Shown here: in pieces, positions 23,611 through 36,140 of the stretch
Position numbering within the stretch: the first letter of the stretch is position 1
Layout: every line of letters begins with the position of its first letter
Source of the DNA: Macrostomum lignano
Lineage: Eukaryota
DNA: 64,000 nt
NCBI GenBank assembly: GCA_002269645.1
Contig: NIVC01002394.1
Span: 114,523 to 178,522 of the forward strand
Direction: 5' to 3'
Translations under genes and position numbers: made by a program
Notes under the pieces: generated by a model
What the model was told of the DNA's origin: nothing
Databases searched by the model: none
Seen by the model: only the letters and a program-made list of their open reading frames with translations

Positions 23611-24249
23611 ATGGATGAGAATAGAATAAGAGGAGGCGGGAAGGGATAAGAGGGTGAGATGAGATAGTAGGGGAGTAAGGGTAGGTGACTGATGAGAATA
23701 AGAATGAATGAGAAAAAGCAGTGAGAGTAGATCAAAGGAGATCAGGGAAGGCAAGATAAAAGAGGATAAGAAGAAGTGATATAAAGGATGGCACAGTATG
23801 GGCTGTCTGCTTTCCTCTCTAGTTACATTTGCCTCCAGGGAAGCTGTCAAGACAATCAGTCTGGATAGTAAAAAAATCAAGTGTACAAGAGCGAAAAATA
23901 AGCAGTATAGGATTGGATGAAGAGTTTCTATGGCAAGGATCAATTTATTGAGCAAGGCCCCAACAGACTATGTCAGAGTCTTCTAAGTCAGTCAGGCATC
24001 AGGCGGAGGAGATCGGCATGTACAGATAGGAGAAATAGGATATGGGCCGCGGGGCAATGGGCGTAACCCAGATGCTGCGCTAAGGGATTTTTATGATAAT
24101 CTCTTGTTTGCAGAGGGGAGACTGTCTTGCTGGAGACCTGGGACTCATTTTTTATACGGATGACTTTCGGGAGAGGCAGCGGTAGAGGGAGAAGATCTGG
24201 CACAGGCGGTGTAGAAAAATAGAGACCAAGCTCAGCCAGAGGAGAGGCA

Positions 24250-24487
24250 GCGGGGAAGAGGGAGAGGTGGGACGGAGAGGTAGAGTGGGGGAAGAGGGAA
24301 GGAGAGGGAGAGGGAGAGCGAGAGAGAGAGAGAGAGCGAGGGAGAGGGAGAGCGAGAGAGAGGGAGAGAGAGGGAGAGAGGGAGGGAGGGAGAGAGCGAG
24401 AGAGAGGGAGAGAGAGAGAGGGAGAGAGAGGGAGAGAGGGAGGGAGGGAGAGAGCGAGAGAGAGGGAGAGAGAGGGAGAGAGGGAGG

Positions 24488-24523
<36 letters not shown>

Positions 24524-24590
24524 GAGAGAGAGAGGGAGAGCGAGGGAGAGAGAGAGGGAGAGAGGGAGAGAGAGCGAGGGAGAGAGGGAG
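24250..24590. repeat. (GA)n/(GGGA)n tract
   Basis: Direct reading. Confidence 0.9.
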
Positions 24591-25749
24591 AGAAGATGGC
24601 ACCTCCAATCTCAGGCGCTGATACGGTGAAATGACTGATGATAAAAGTCAATCTAGTTCATGAAAATCATGTTGCCGATTGCCGATATTATGAGTAAGGT
24701 TACTCTTCGTCAGGGCAGTATGAGGGAGAGGGAGAGTGAGAGGGAAAACGAGAGAGAGCGAGGAGAGAGAGGGGGAGAGGAAGAGAAACAAGAAAGACAA
24801 GAGAGGAGCAGGAAAAAGAGAAAAATAGAGATGACAGCGGTGCAAGCGGAGAAATCGGGAAAATATAAAAGAGGAGAAGAGATCAGAGAGCCTAGAGAGA
24901 TATAGAGATAGACAGTCAGTCACAAAGGGGAAGAATTTGAGCATTGAAAAACTCAGATCAAACCGGGGACAGGCGGGGCCACACAGCGGAATAACAGAAG
25001 AGAGATCTGCCGGCCGCCAAAAAGGCCAACACAGACAGGGCGGGCACACCGCCGCCGCCGATGCAAGCGCAGAGATCTGTGCAGGAGAGTTCAAACGCAA
25101 ACACACACAAAAAGCACCCGTTGGAAGGACTGCCGGGAGGGGGGCGTGAGAGACGGAGGAGAGCGCGAATACCATTAGGACTTGGGAGCCAAAATATACA
25201 TATTTCTATGTATGTGCGCGTGTATATTTGCGAGTGCACGGCATATGCGGTCATTCTCAAACAGTTCGTATAATAGCAGAGGTCGGACGGGGTCGCTGTG
25301 TGAGAAGAATGCATAATACGTAGCAGCCGAATAGTCTTGACCTTAACAGAAAACCTACTTACGAGCTAATAAAATAATGGGCATTAATTTAACGCATTTC
25401 TTCTTCCTGCGCTGGAGGGGGGGGCGGCTCCAGAGGTGAAGGAGCAATGCAGAGAGGGAAACCCCTAACCGAATATAGGCCGCAGGCAAACAGCTGAATG
25501 AGACGAGAGAGGGAAGAGACAGATTTGGAGAGCGCGGTGCCGAGAGGCAGGAAGTGAAACGCTATAGCCTCTAGCTCTCGCATGCCTACTTTATTATTGA
25601 ATATTCCGACTGCAATTTCCTGCTAGCTGGAAACGGTTCGGCGCATGAGAATTGGGCCACTTTAGACAGAGCAAGCCTTGTACCAGGGCGCGTAATAACG
25701 CCAATATGGCTAGCTCTTGCAGGCTCGAAGCAACAGAATGGAAAGCGGC

Positions 25750-25890
25750 AAAATGGCAGAACAAAGACTAATGGGAGCAGCGATACCAGCTCGTAGCAGA
25801 ACAAAGACTAATGGATGCAGAGTGATGGCATAACAAAGACTAATGGGTGCAGAGTGATGGCATAACAAAGACTAATGGGTGCAGAGTGAT
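25750..25890. repeat. ~34-bp tandem repeat, ~4 copies
   Basis: AACAAAGACTAATGG recurs four times. Confidence 0.75.
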
Positions 25891-26898
25891 AGCTTAAAAA
25901 CAGGTTTTGGGCGAAAATGTTGTTGCAATATATAAGCAAGCTTTTTAAAATTGAAAATGATAAAAACAAAACCTCAGATTATGAAAGCAGCAATCTGAAC
26001 AGAAGCTTGATAGGAATAAAAACGATTAGGTCAATAGGGCAAGCAGGGTCAGCCGAGCCATCACAGGACATGTGTGATTAACTGCATAATACACTTTTTC
26101 ATTAGCAGGTTTATCAATGCATTATGCAGAGTAACCACACAGTCACGGGTGATGAATTTTTTAATACCTTTTAGCATATAATATTTTCTAAGCTTGCAGT
26201 GCAATGACTCAAATTTCGTGAACAACCTGCATAATAGATTATGTAAATAGTTTAGTTATTATCATGACAATCCAATTCTGCAAGTTGTTTTGCACGACAC
26301 TTGAGTCAGTTAACTTGTATATGGATTAACAAAATTTTAATAACTTACCTTAACATTTTTCTTTGTTACAATGTATCTAAAATGATTATGTATCCAGTTA
26401 AATACATAGAGATAGTAAAATAGCAGACATTTGGATGAAAAAACAATAATGTACATTGTTAGATAATGCCTAAGTTATTCCTTTAACTTTATGAACAAAA
26501 AACTGGCATAAATATCATTTATATTTATATCAAAAAATGCTAAAGCCTTTTTAATAGTAAATCTAGTCTATCTATTCAGCTTTTAAAAATTCATTTTGCA
26601 TTTTGCTTCAAGATATCAGACAAAAATGATAGAATTAACATATCCAAATTGAGTCAGATTGGTTTTAAATTTTTATCATATCATTTCTATTCTAGCAGAG
26701 ATCATTTAACATATTTATTTAAATGCTCATTAACAATTTTTAAATCCTATATATCAACTGAGATATAAGTATACATGTACAATTTAGGCAATATAGTATT
26801 GAAAGGTAATTAACTTCTTTATATTTAGAGGTCATTCAAGAATATCTTCATCTAGCATAAAGTCAAATTAAATAAAAAAACAAGATATGACTTAATTT

Positions 26899-27598
26899 TG
26901 TCGTAGGGCTCTGTCTCTCTATACAATTTCAACCGCTGACACCAAAGTGTGCTAGGGGTTATTCCTTCTTGTTAATATTGCTGGTTATTACTCGCCTTTT
27001 ACTCGTAGCGCATGTACTTCTATTGGTAGCATCTGTACTTCTATTGGTAGCGTATGTACTTTCTGGCCTGAGCAGTCTTTTAGGCACTGTCTATGTCTAT
27101 CCTATCCTTATACTCCTCTAAAGATATTATTCTCAGTCCTGGGCATTCCCAGGATCAGAGGGTCACAGCTTATTTGCTAGGTATTCTGCCCTGAGGCGGG
27201 GTTCTCAGACTCGGAGTCTGGGCTTCTCTACCCTGTGGTAGGATCTCTGCCTCCTAAAGGCGATTTCTCAGATCCTAGATCTGGTTGTCTCGTTCTCTGA
27301 GAACGGGTTGAACTCTCCCAATCTTGGGGCTTCTGATGCTTTCTAAAATAACTAAGTCAGTAAGTATCAAGCAATATACTAGAACAGTTTTAAGCTTGAA
27401 GCCAGCGAAGCACAAGTAGCACAAGTAGCCCAAGTTTCTCTCCTTCTTATTCGGCTTGTGTATTTATACTCTTCTCGATTTGGTCTTTTAAACAAATAAA
27501 ATTTCATAATATTTAAAATATTTACAATATTACTAATATTATACGTATTAAAACAAAATAACCTAGTTTCAAATATACTACTTTCTAGGAAACGAACA
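26899..27598. mobile_element. Possible solo LTR (TG...CA, 700 bp)
   Basis: GC-richer island in AT-rich DNA. Starts TGTCG, ends CGAACA. Two ATTGG boxes in a direct repeat (~27012-27060), TCAGT at 27133, AATAAA at 27495-27500. No target-site duplication (AATTT versus ATGCT). Confidence 0.35.
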
Positions 27599-30500
27599 AT
27601 GCTAAAATAAGGCCTACCTCAATATATATACTTAATAGTCAAAAGTTCCACTCCCTATATATTATGTATATAGCTACAGAGACAAGTTTCTTATTTAAAA
27701 TTCAACCTACAAGTATAAATTAAGCAACCATGCTGAAAACTAAGGATTATGCTCATCACAATAAATAACAATAGTTTTTTTAATACTAGCTATTTTTTAT
27801 TATGCCTCTAGTTTTAAGCAATCTAAAGTATGAAAAAAGTTGACTTACACTCATTTATAGAGAATGATTTTTATATGTAGAGATAACACTTGACCATAAG
27901 TTGAATATAAGTATATTTAGGTAATGCAACATTTCAACAAGTAGCCATGTAGCTTATAGAATTTATATAAAATTTTCATTATGCAGCTATGAGAATAAAT
28001 TCTATTGATGTATACAAACACTTTGCATAAATGTTATCACATATAATTTTACTTTCTTTTACTTAAAAAAGACTAATTTATTTTCTAGTTTAAAAAGATC
28101 AAGAAAATAGTCAAAAGTATTGATAATAATGACTAAATACAAGTCACAATTTAGTATAGAAATTATGACCAAAATTAAAATTGAATATTGCTAATTAAAA
28201 CCAAAACTTTGCTAAAAACTAATATATTAGATAAACCTAACAATCTGCATTAAATAAAGCATCTAAAACGCAATAAAGGCCTATATCATTTGAAACTTCA
28301 AGGCTTTAGCATAAGCTTATAACCATAAGCCCTAAAATTATTCCAAGAATTTCAAAATTAATTCACCATCCTATCAGTGATATATCCAAATATTTGGATT
28401 TGGAATCTAAATCAGATTTAAAATGTCTCTGTTTTTAGAAATACAAATGTTTTGGATTCAGAAATTTTATTTTCTGAATATTTCTGAATATGCTTTCAAA
28501 TATGAAAAAATGAAGAAACATAAACAAATTAAAATGTAAAAGAAAAAACTTTTGAAATAAGAAAGTACAAAAAATCAGAAAAATACATTTTATATTATAT
28601 TATTCATTTTTGCAGTAACATATTTTAAAGAAAGTTATAGAAAGTAAATTTACTTTTTGCAATTATTGTTAAGTGCAAACATTAATGGTTTTTTTTCAAA
28701 ATGTACATGCATGGACTTACAATAAAGTTCTTAAATTGCACAAATATAGTGTCAGTTATTATTAGTAATTAGAATTAGTTAGATTACTTATATAAGAATT
28801 AAGATCAATTCAAACTTATTTACTCTTTACTAAGTTTTAATTCTTGCAATTTCACTTGAAAAGTAGACTAGTTGTGCTCAGATCACTAATTAGATGACAA
28901 AGCATTTTCATTACTTAAAAGTGTCATAGTTACTCCCACCATTTATCTTTTACCTTTTACTTACATTTGGAAACATTTGGACATTTGGATTTGAAACTAT
29001 TTTGTAATTTGGATTTGGTTTTGGAAACTTGAAAAATCAATATTCAGTCCATAACTATATAATCAAGTTTATGCTCAAAAAAACCAAATGACAAATTACA
29101 TATATATTATAATATATATATAGACATTATCAAAAGTCATTGCAATAATGAAGGACCTTTTTTGCATTTTAACAATATAGGAATATAAGACCCTTTCTTG
29201 CATATAAAAACTAAGACTAAGACTAAATAAAATTTTAGTCTTTGTATATAATAGCTAGGCCTATGCCAACAGCTATGCTATATATTAGCTCTATAGCATA
29301 ATTTTCTAGTAGGCTTTTTGTCTACCAGATACTTTATACCAATAATTCTTTTCAGATCCATTGTAGGGTATGGTCAAAATCATCATATTCTAAATTGTCA
29401 TATATGATGATGACAACTTAGCCAATCTATAAGATTTTACCATTTGAATATGACAAATTCATCAAATTTCTTGGAATTAAAACTAAATTAAACAAAATAA
29501 CATGTTCTGCCTTAGAATAAATTAAAGCACATTTTTATAACAGCTAAGGAATAATATCTTAAATAAAGTTTAAAAATATGATTGCTTCTAAATCTAATTA
29601 TAAAGTTATCAAACTGTTACAAGGCAATATTTCTATCATTTATTCCTAGTTAAACCCAAAGAATATCAAGCTAATATTAGCTTAGTGTTCTTTAGTTAAA
29701 CCTTGAAATTTAGCTAGACTATTAACTTTAATATAGGAATTAGTCCAAGGCTTTGCATCTTTTAAGCAGATAATAACAATATAAGTTTAAGTTGAGAATC
29801 ATTTTGTTGGCAAGCAATAACATGTTACTATTAATGAGAGCAGATCTTTGTGCAGCCAATGAAATATAATATGATGATTTAGTGAATCCAGCATTGTCTA
29901 AATGCAGAGATGATGACAAATTTGATAATTTAGATTTATTTGTTTTTTTCATAACCCACATTTGAGTCTATGATAATCTCAAATATGATAATTTCGGCTG
30001 GAGCCCCATTGTATGGCTATATGCTAGAATTTTCTGGCATATATATATAAGATTTGGGAGTGGGGAAGTAGTAGATAGTTGTTACACATAAGAAAGTTCC
30101 CTCTTGCATAAAAAATAAGCACCAGAAAAAATGAGGGCAATATTTTCATTCATTGAGTTCAATTATTTTGACATGAAAAAATAGTATAATACAAAGTCAT
30201 TTGTCATTAGAGTGTCAATAGTAGTGCCAAACTCAATATAGGAAGTTCCTAAACACTTTTGGCGATGGGAAGAGGTGGCGCCATAGATACTCATTGAGGT
30301 GGGTATCAAACCGGGCGAAATAGTTTACTAATTTAAGCATTCCCGCCATTAGGCCCTAGTCAAAGTTTAATAGTTTAAACATTAGTCAACAACATCACAC
30401 GAATGATTCCCAAGGACGACTAGCTTCCATGAGGTAGGTAGGTAAGTAAGTGGCTCAGGCAAGAAGCCTGTTTGACCAATATATTTCAATGTCTTTAATA

Positions 30501-31369
30501 ATACTTCAAGAGTAGAAGGAAATATGTATGCATAGAGAGGTACGAGTTTTCTCCTAAATTAACTTTTTTAAATTTTGTAAAGGAAGGAATACAAAAAAAT
30601 CGAACTGTTGTGTAAAAAGTTCGAAATAACTGTAACTGTTCGTATTTCATTAGTATTTTTTAGCGTGGCATATTTTAAGCAACAATGAATAAACCTAGAC
30701 GTTCATCTTTGTTTTAACACACTGTAAGTGTAAATTAAAATTTCGAGGCGTGCGTCCATTACATCGTTTTTCAATTTTCGCATGTCGGCGAAAGATTACG
30801 TGGCATGTCTGCTTTTTCGAAACAAAATTTGGTGCAGCAACGATTATGACGCTTTAAGTTCTTAAAACAATTAAACAATTAACAATTAAAACAATTATAC
30901 ATACAAAAAATGATATTTCATTACAACTCTTTGTATAACTTATTCACATTGTATTATTAAAAGAACTAACTTCAAAAGTTTTGTAGCTACTTTTTACTTT
31001 TTCTTTTAAATATTTCTAGTTGTTTTGTCTATTAGTAGACAATATGTGGCAGAAAAAATGATTGCATACCAAACAAATCTTTTTCAAATTGATTTGAGTT
31101 TTGGTTAAAGTTAAAGGATCAACATTCTTTACCTATAGGCCTAACAAACCTTTGCCTAGATAAATAGATTTTTCATTAGAGCTAAGGCCTAATTAGAATC
31201 AGTGTTACATATTAGACCATTAATAGATGTTAATGAGAATTAAAGATTTTTCATTAACTTTAATAGACTGACATTTAGATTTTTTGCATTAATGCCAATA
31301 GATTAACAAACTTATGTTAGGCCCTATACTTTGGAAAGCATATATCATATTGAAAAATTCTAGCATGCA

Positions 31370-31520
31370 TTTAGTTTCGCTTGCTATCTGTGGGATGCTT
31401 GCTATCTGTGGGATGCTTGCTATCTGTGGGATGCTTGCTATCTGTGGGATGCTTGCTATCTGCAGTTAGTTACTCTTGGAAGGGGGGTGCTTGCTATCTG
31501 GGGGATGTTTTCTATTTAGG
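31370..31520. repeat. 18-bp tandem repeat (TGCTTGCTATCTGTGGGA)
   Basis: Direct reading. Confidence 0.85.
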
Positions 31521-31809
31521 GGGAACGTCTGTTATCTTTGTGAAGGCTTTGTTTTGTCGTCTTTGTTGATTTTAGAAAAAAAGAGGTTCATATCAAATAT
31601 CTTTGTCCGTGACAATTTTACTCGAATAAGGTGATTTATAAAACTGAAGAAGGAATTGATTCCTAAAAAAATGTGCTTTGGATGGATTTGCATGAATAAT
31701 GTTTGTTCCTTGCTTATTGGGCGCCCCGAAGGGTGCACTAGATTGCCAATTTGTATCTAAATTCTGAATTAGCATTCTGACATGTCCCGCACATGCCAAC
31801 TCCCTACAG

Positions 31810-33213
31810 TGTGGACCCATTCCTAAAAAAGAATGGTACGTCCTCAAGGCGCCATTTATGTTCGAGAAGCGCTCCTGCGGCAAGACCCTGATGACCCGTA
31901 GTGCCGGCACCCGGCTGGCCAGCGACTCGCTGAACTGAAAGGCCGCGTATTAGAATATGTCGCTTGGCGATTTGAAAACCAACGATAACGACTCGGCATT
32001 CCGCAAATTTAAACTGCAAGTCGAATTGGTCCAAGGCAAGCATTGTCTGACCAATTTCTACGGCATGAACCTGACTAAGGACAAGCTGTGCTCTCTGCTC
32101 AAGAAGTGGCAGTCTACTATTGAGGCCCACGTGGACGTCAAGACCGCTGACGGCTACTTGCTGCGCTTCTTTGTCATCGGATTCACTAAGAAGCGAATGA
32201 ACCAGATTTAAGAAGCACGCCTATGCCCAGTCTACTCAAGTTAGTGAAATTTGGCCCTAGTTAGTGAGATAATGAAGTCTTTAATTAAAATAGTGGCATC
32301 TTCGATTAAGATAATGGCCTCTTTGATTGTTAAGAAATGGCGTCTGACATTGAGATAATGGCATCTTTGATTCTTTACAAATGGCGCCTCAGATTGAGAT
32401 AATGGCATCCCTAATTCTTAACAAATGGCGCCTTACGTTGAGATAATGGCATCCCTGATTCATGACAAATGGCGCCTCACATTGAGATAATGGCATCTCT
32501 GATTCTTAACAAATGGCGCCTCACATTGAGATAATGGCATCTCTGATTCTTAACAAATGGCGCCTCACATTGAGATAATGGCATCTCTGATTCTTAACAA
32601 ATGGCGCCTCACATTGAGATAATGGAATCCCTGATTCATGACAAATGGTGGCCTCACATTGAGATAATGGCATCTCTGATTCTTAACAAATGGCGCCTCA
32701 CATTGAGATAATGGCATCTCTGATTCTTAACGAATGGCGCCTCAGATTGAGATAATGGCATCCTTAATTCTTAACAAATGGCGCCTCACATTGAGATAAT
32801 GGCATCTCTGATAATGGCGCCTCACATTGAGATAATGGAATCCCTGATTCTTAACAAATGGCGCCTCACATTGAGATAATGGCATCCCTGATTCTTAACA
32901 AATGGCGCCTCACATTGAGATAATGGCATCTTTTCCCAACCACAGGTTCGCCGCATCCGTCGCAAGATGCTGGAGATCGTGAATCGGGAGTGTTCAGTTG
33001 AGCTGAAGGACGTGGTGAACCGGCTGATCCCAGACAGCATCAGCCGCGAGATTGAGAAGGCTGCCGGCTCAATCTTCCCGATGCACGACGTTCACGTGCG
33101 CAAAGTGAGTGTTGAGAAAGCCGAAGGCAGAACTGGGCAAAATTATAGAGCTGCATGGTGAGAAAGTCGCCCGGCTGGATGGGTACGAGCCGCCCGTGCT
33201 CAAGTCCGTGTGA
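31810..33213 (+). pseudogene. RPS3A: 40S ribosomal protein S3a, intron-containing copy with five frameshifts; exon 1 not found
   Basis: Exon 31810-32239 ([38 protein letters not shown]) and exon 32946-33213 ([27 protein letters not shown]). Frameshifts at ~31828, 31935 (CTGAA duplication), ~31956, ~32208 and ~33110. Assembly indels cannot be excluded. Confidence 0.8.
32330..32930. repeat. 44-bp tandem repeat in the RPS3A intron
   Basis: Unit GGCGCCTCACATTGAGATAATGGCATCTCTGATTCTTAACAAAT. Confidence 0.93.
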
Positions 33214-33314
33214 GCACGGCGTCATCATGTTTAACATTTTCCGCCTGTCTTGTGGAGTTCTGTTGCAATAGAAAATATTTTACCTGAGCAAATACACGCA
33301 AATGCTCTGTTAGC

Positions 33315-36140
33315 CTGTTTTAAAGCTTTGAGCTATGCAGATTTAGCCTTGGAGACAAATTTCGCTGAATTGACTTGAATTACTGCGAGATTTATTGTAT
33401 ACTGCTAAAAGTAGCATAAATGGCACACATCAGCTTCTGAGCAGCCAATTAGGTCTGAAATTCTTAATCCATCAGGACCTGGTCCTGAAGACTCCATGAG
33501 GTGTAATTTCATCAGGACCTGAAGACTCCATGAGATGTGAGTCCATCAGGGCCTGAAGACTCCATGAGATGTGAGTCCACCAGAGCCTGAAGACTCCATG
33601 AGATGTGAGTCCATCAAGGCCTGAAGACTCCATGGGGCTTGAAGCCATCAGAGCCTGAAGACTCCATGAGATGTGAGTCCATCAAGGCCTGAAGACTCCA
33701 TGGGGCTTGAATCCATCAGAGCCTGAAGACTCCATGAGATGTGAGTCCATCAAGGCCTGAAGACTCCATGGGGCTTGAAGCCATCAGAGCCTGAAGACTC
33801 CATGAGGTGTGAGTCCCTCAGGGCCTGAAGACTCCATGGGGCTTGAAGCCATCAGAGCCTGAAGACTCCATGAGGTGTGAGTCCCTCAGGGCCTGAAGAC
33901 TCCATAAGGTCTCACCCCATCAGTGCCTGAAGAGTCTAATCAAATTAGGAATTAAATTAAGAATATACCTGCGTCATACTTTCCCAAGCAACCAAAACTG
34001 GTTTTTAAAGGTGTTAAACACACGCGTCTATTGTTTGAATTGAATGGTATCTTTGCACAGTCTCAAAGGTGGCATTTTGGTGCTTGGATAATTAATTACC
34101 TTATAAGTCAGATAAGTTAATGAAAACGTCGCAGTGACTAGACAGCATGTGTGACCCTATTTTTTATTTAAGGGGACACAACGTGGGCTACAATTATTTA
34201 CAATATGTCAGCTTAAAGTGCTTTGAGGTAATTATATTTTCCAAATTTGCGGAAATTAATCTCGGGTATGACATTCCTAAAATTTTACTGCCAATAATTT
34301 AATCAAATACTTTTCATTTATGATCATAAAATGGTGGGGGCGTTGTAAAAATGAAACAGAATTCCACGTAAATTATTATTACATGTAACAGCATTTACCT
34401 CAGCCAAACAATGAACGAGTGTAGTGAGTAGCGATAAAAGTTTTCTCACTTTGAGTTCGACTTGTTCTCACCTATTAGAATGCACTTTTATGTCGTGCAT
34501 TCTAATAGCCACACATGCACTCTAATTAATCGATGAAGCTTTTCCAAGGATGCTGCATTTGTGCGAGCGAGCATGCGAATTTTAATCACCGGATGGAGCA
34601 ATGTCAAAAAGGATGGTTTATGAGTCTGTGGATGAAAAAACCTTATCAACAGTGATCAATGCTTGATTGCAACTGTCTAACATCTAATCTGGGTTGTAGA
34701 TCAACTGTCTTACATCTAATCTGGGTTTTAGATCAACTGTTTAAACTGTTTTAAAGCTTTGAGCTATGCAGATTTAGCCTTGGAGACAAATTTCGCTGAA
34801 TTGACTTGAATTACTGCGAGATTTATTGTATACTGCTAAAAGTAGCATAAATGGCACACATCAGCTTCTGAGCAGCCAATTAGGTCTGAAATTCTTAATC
34901 CATCAGGACCTGGTCCTGAAGACTCCATGAGGTGTAAATTCATCAGGACCTGAAGACTCCATGAGATGTGAGTCCATCAGGGCCTGAAGACTCCATGAGA
35001 TGTGAGTCCACCAGAGCCTGAAGACTCCATGAGATGTGAGTCCATCAAGGCCTGAAGACTCCATGGGGCTTGAAGCCATCAGAGCCTGAAGACTCCATGA
35101 GATGTGAGTCCATCAAGGCCTGAAGACTCCATGGGGCTTGAATCCATCAGAGCCTGAAGACTCCATGAGATGTGAGTCCATCAAGGCCTGAAGACTCCAT
35201 GGGGCTTGAAGCCATCAGAGCCTGAAGACTCCATGAGGTGTGAGTCCCTCAGGGCCTGAAGACTCCATGGGGCTTGAAGCCATCAGAGCCTGAAGACTCC
35301 ATGAGGTGTGAGTCCCTCAGGGCCTGAAGACTCCATAAGGTCTCACCCCATCAGTGCCTGAAGAGTCTAATCAAATTAGGAATTAAATTAAGAATATACC
35401 TGCGTCATACTTTCCCAAGCAACCAAAACTGGTTTTTAAAGGTGTTAAACACACGCGTCTATTGTTTGAATTGAATGGTATCTTTGCACAGTCTCAAAGG
35501 TGGCATTTTGGTGCTTGGATAATTAATTACCTTATAAGTCAGATAAGTTAATGAAAACGTCGCAGTGACTAGACAGCATGTGTGACCCTATTTTTTATTT
35601 AAGGGGACACAACGTGGGCTACAATTATTTACAATATGTCAGCTTAAAGTGCTTTGAGGTAATTATATTTTCCAAATTTGCGGAAATTAATCTCGGGTAT
35701 GACATTCCTAAAATTTTACTGCCAATAATTTAATCAAATACTTTTCATTTATGATCATAAAATGGTGGGGGCGTTGTAAAAATGAAACAGAATTCCACGT
35801 AAATTATTATTACATGTAACAGCATTTACCTCAGCCAAACAATGAACGAGTGTAGTGAGTAGCGATAAAAGTTTTCTCACTTTGAGTTCGACTTGTTCTC
35901 ACCTATTAGAATGCACTTTTATGTCGTGCATTCTAATAGCCACACATGCACTCTAATTAATCGATGAAGCTTTTCCAAGGATGCTGCATTTGTGCGAGCG
36001 AGCATGCGAATTTTAATCACCGGATGGAGCAATGTCAAAAAGGATGGTTTATGAGTCTGTGGATGAAAAAACCTTATCAACAGTGATCAATGCTTGATTG
36101 CAACTGTCTAACATCTAATCTGGGTTGTAGATCAACTGTC
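33315..36140 (+). repeat. Direct tandem duplication, period 1431 bp; each copy contains a ~34-bp minisatellite
   Basis: 33315 onward matches 34746 onward at a constant offset of 1431. One substitution noticed (GTAATTTC versus GTAAATTC). Confidence 0.95.
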
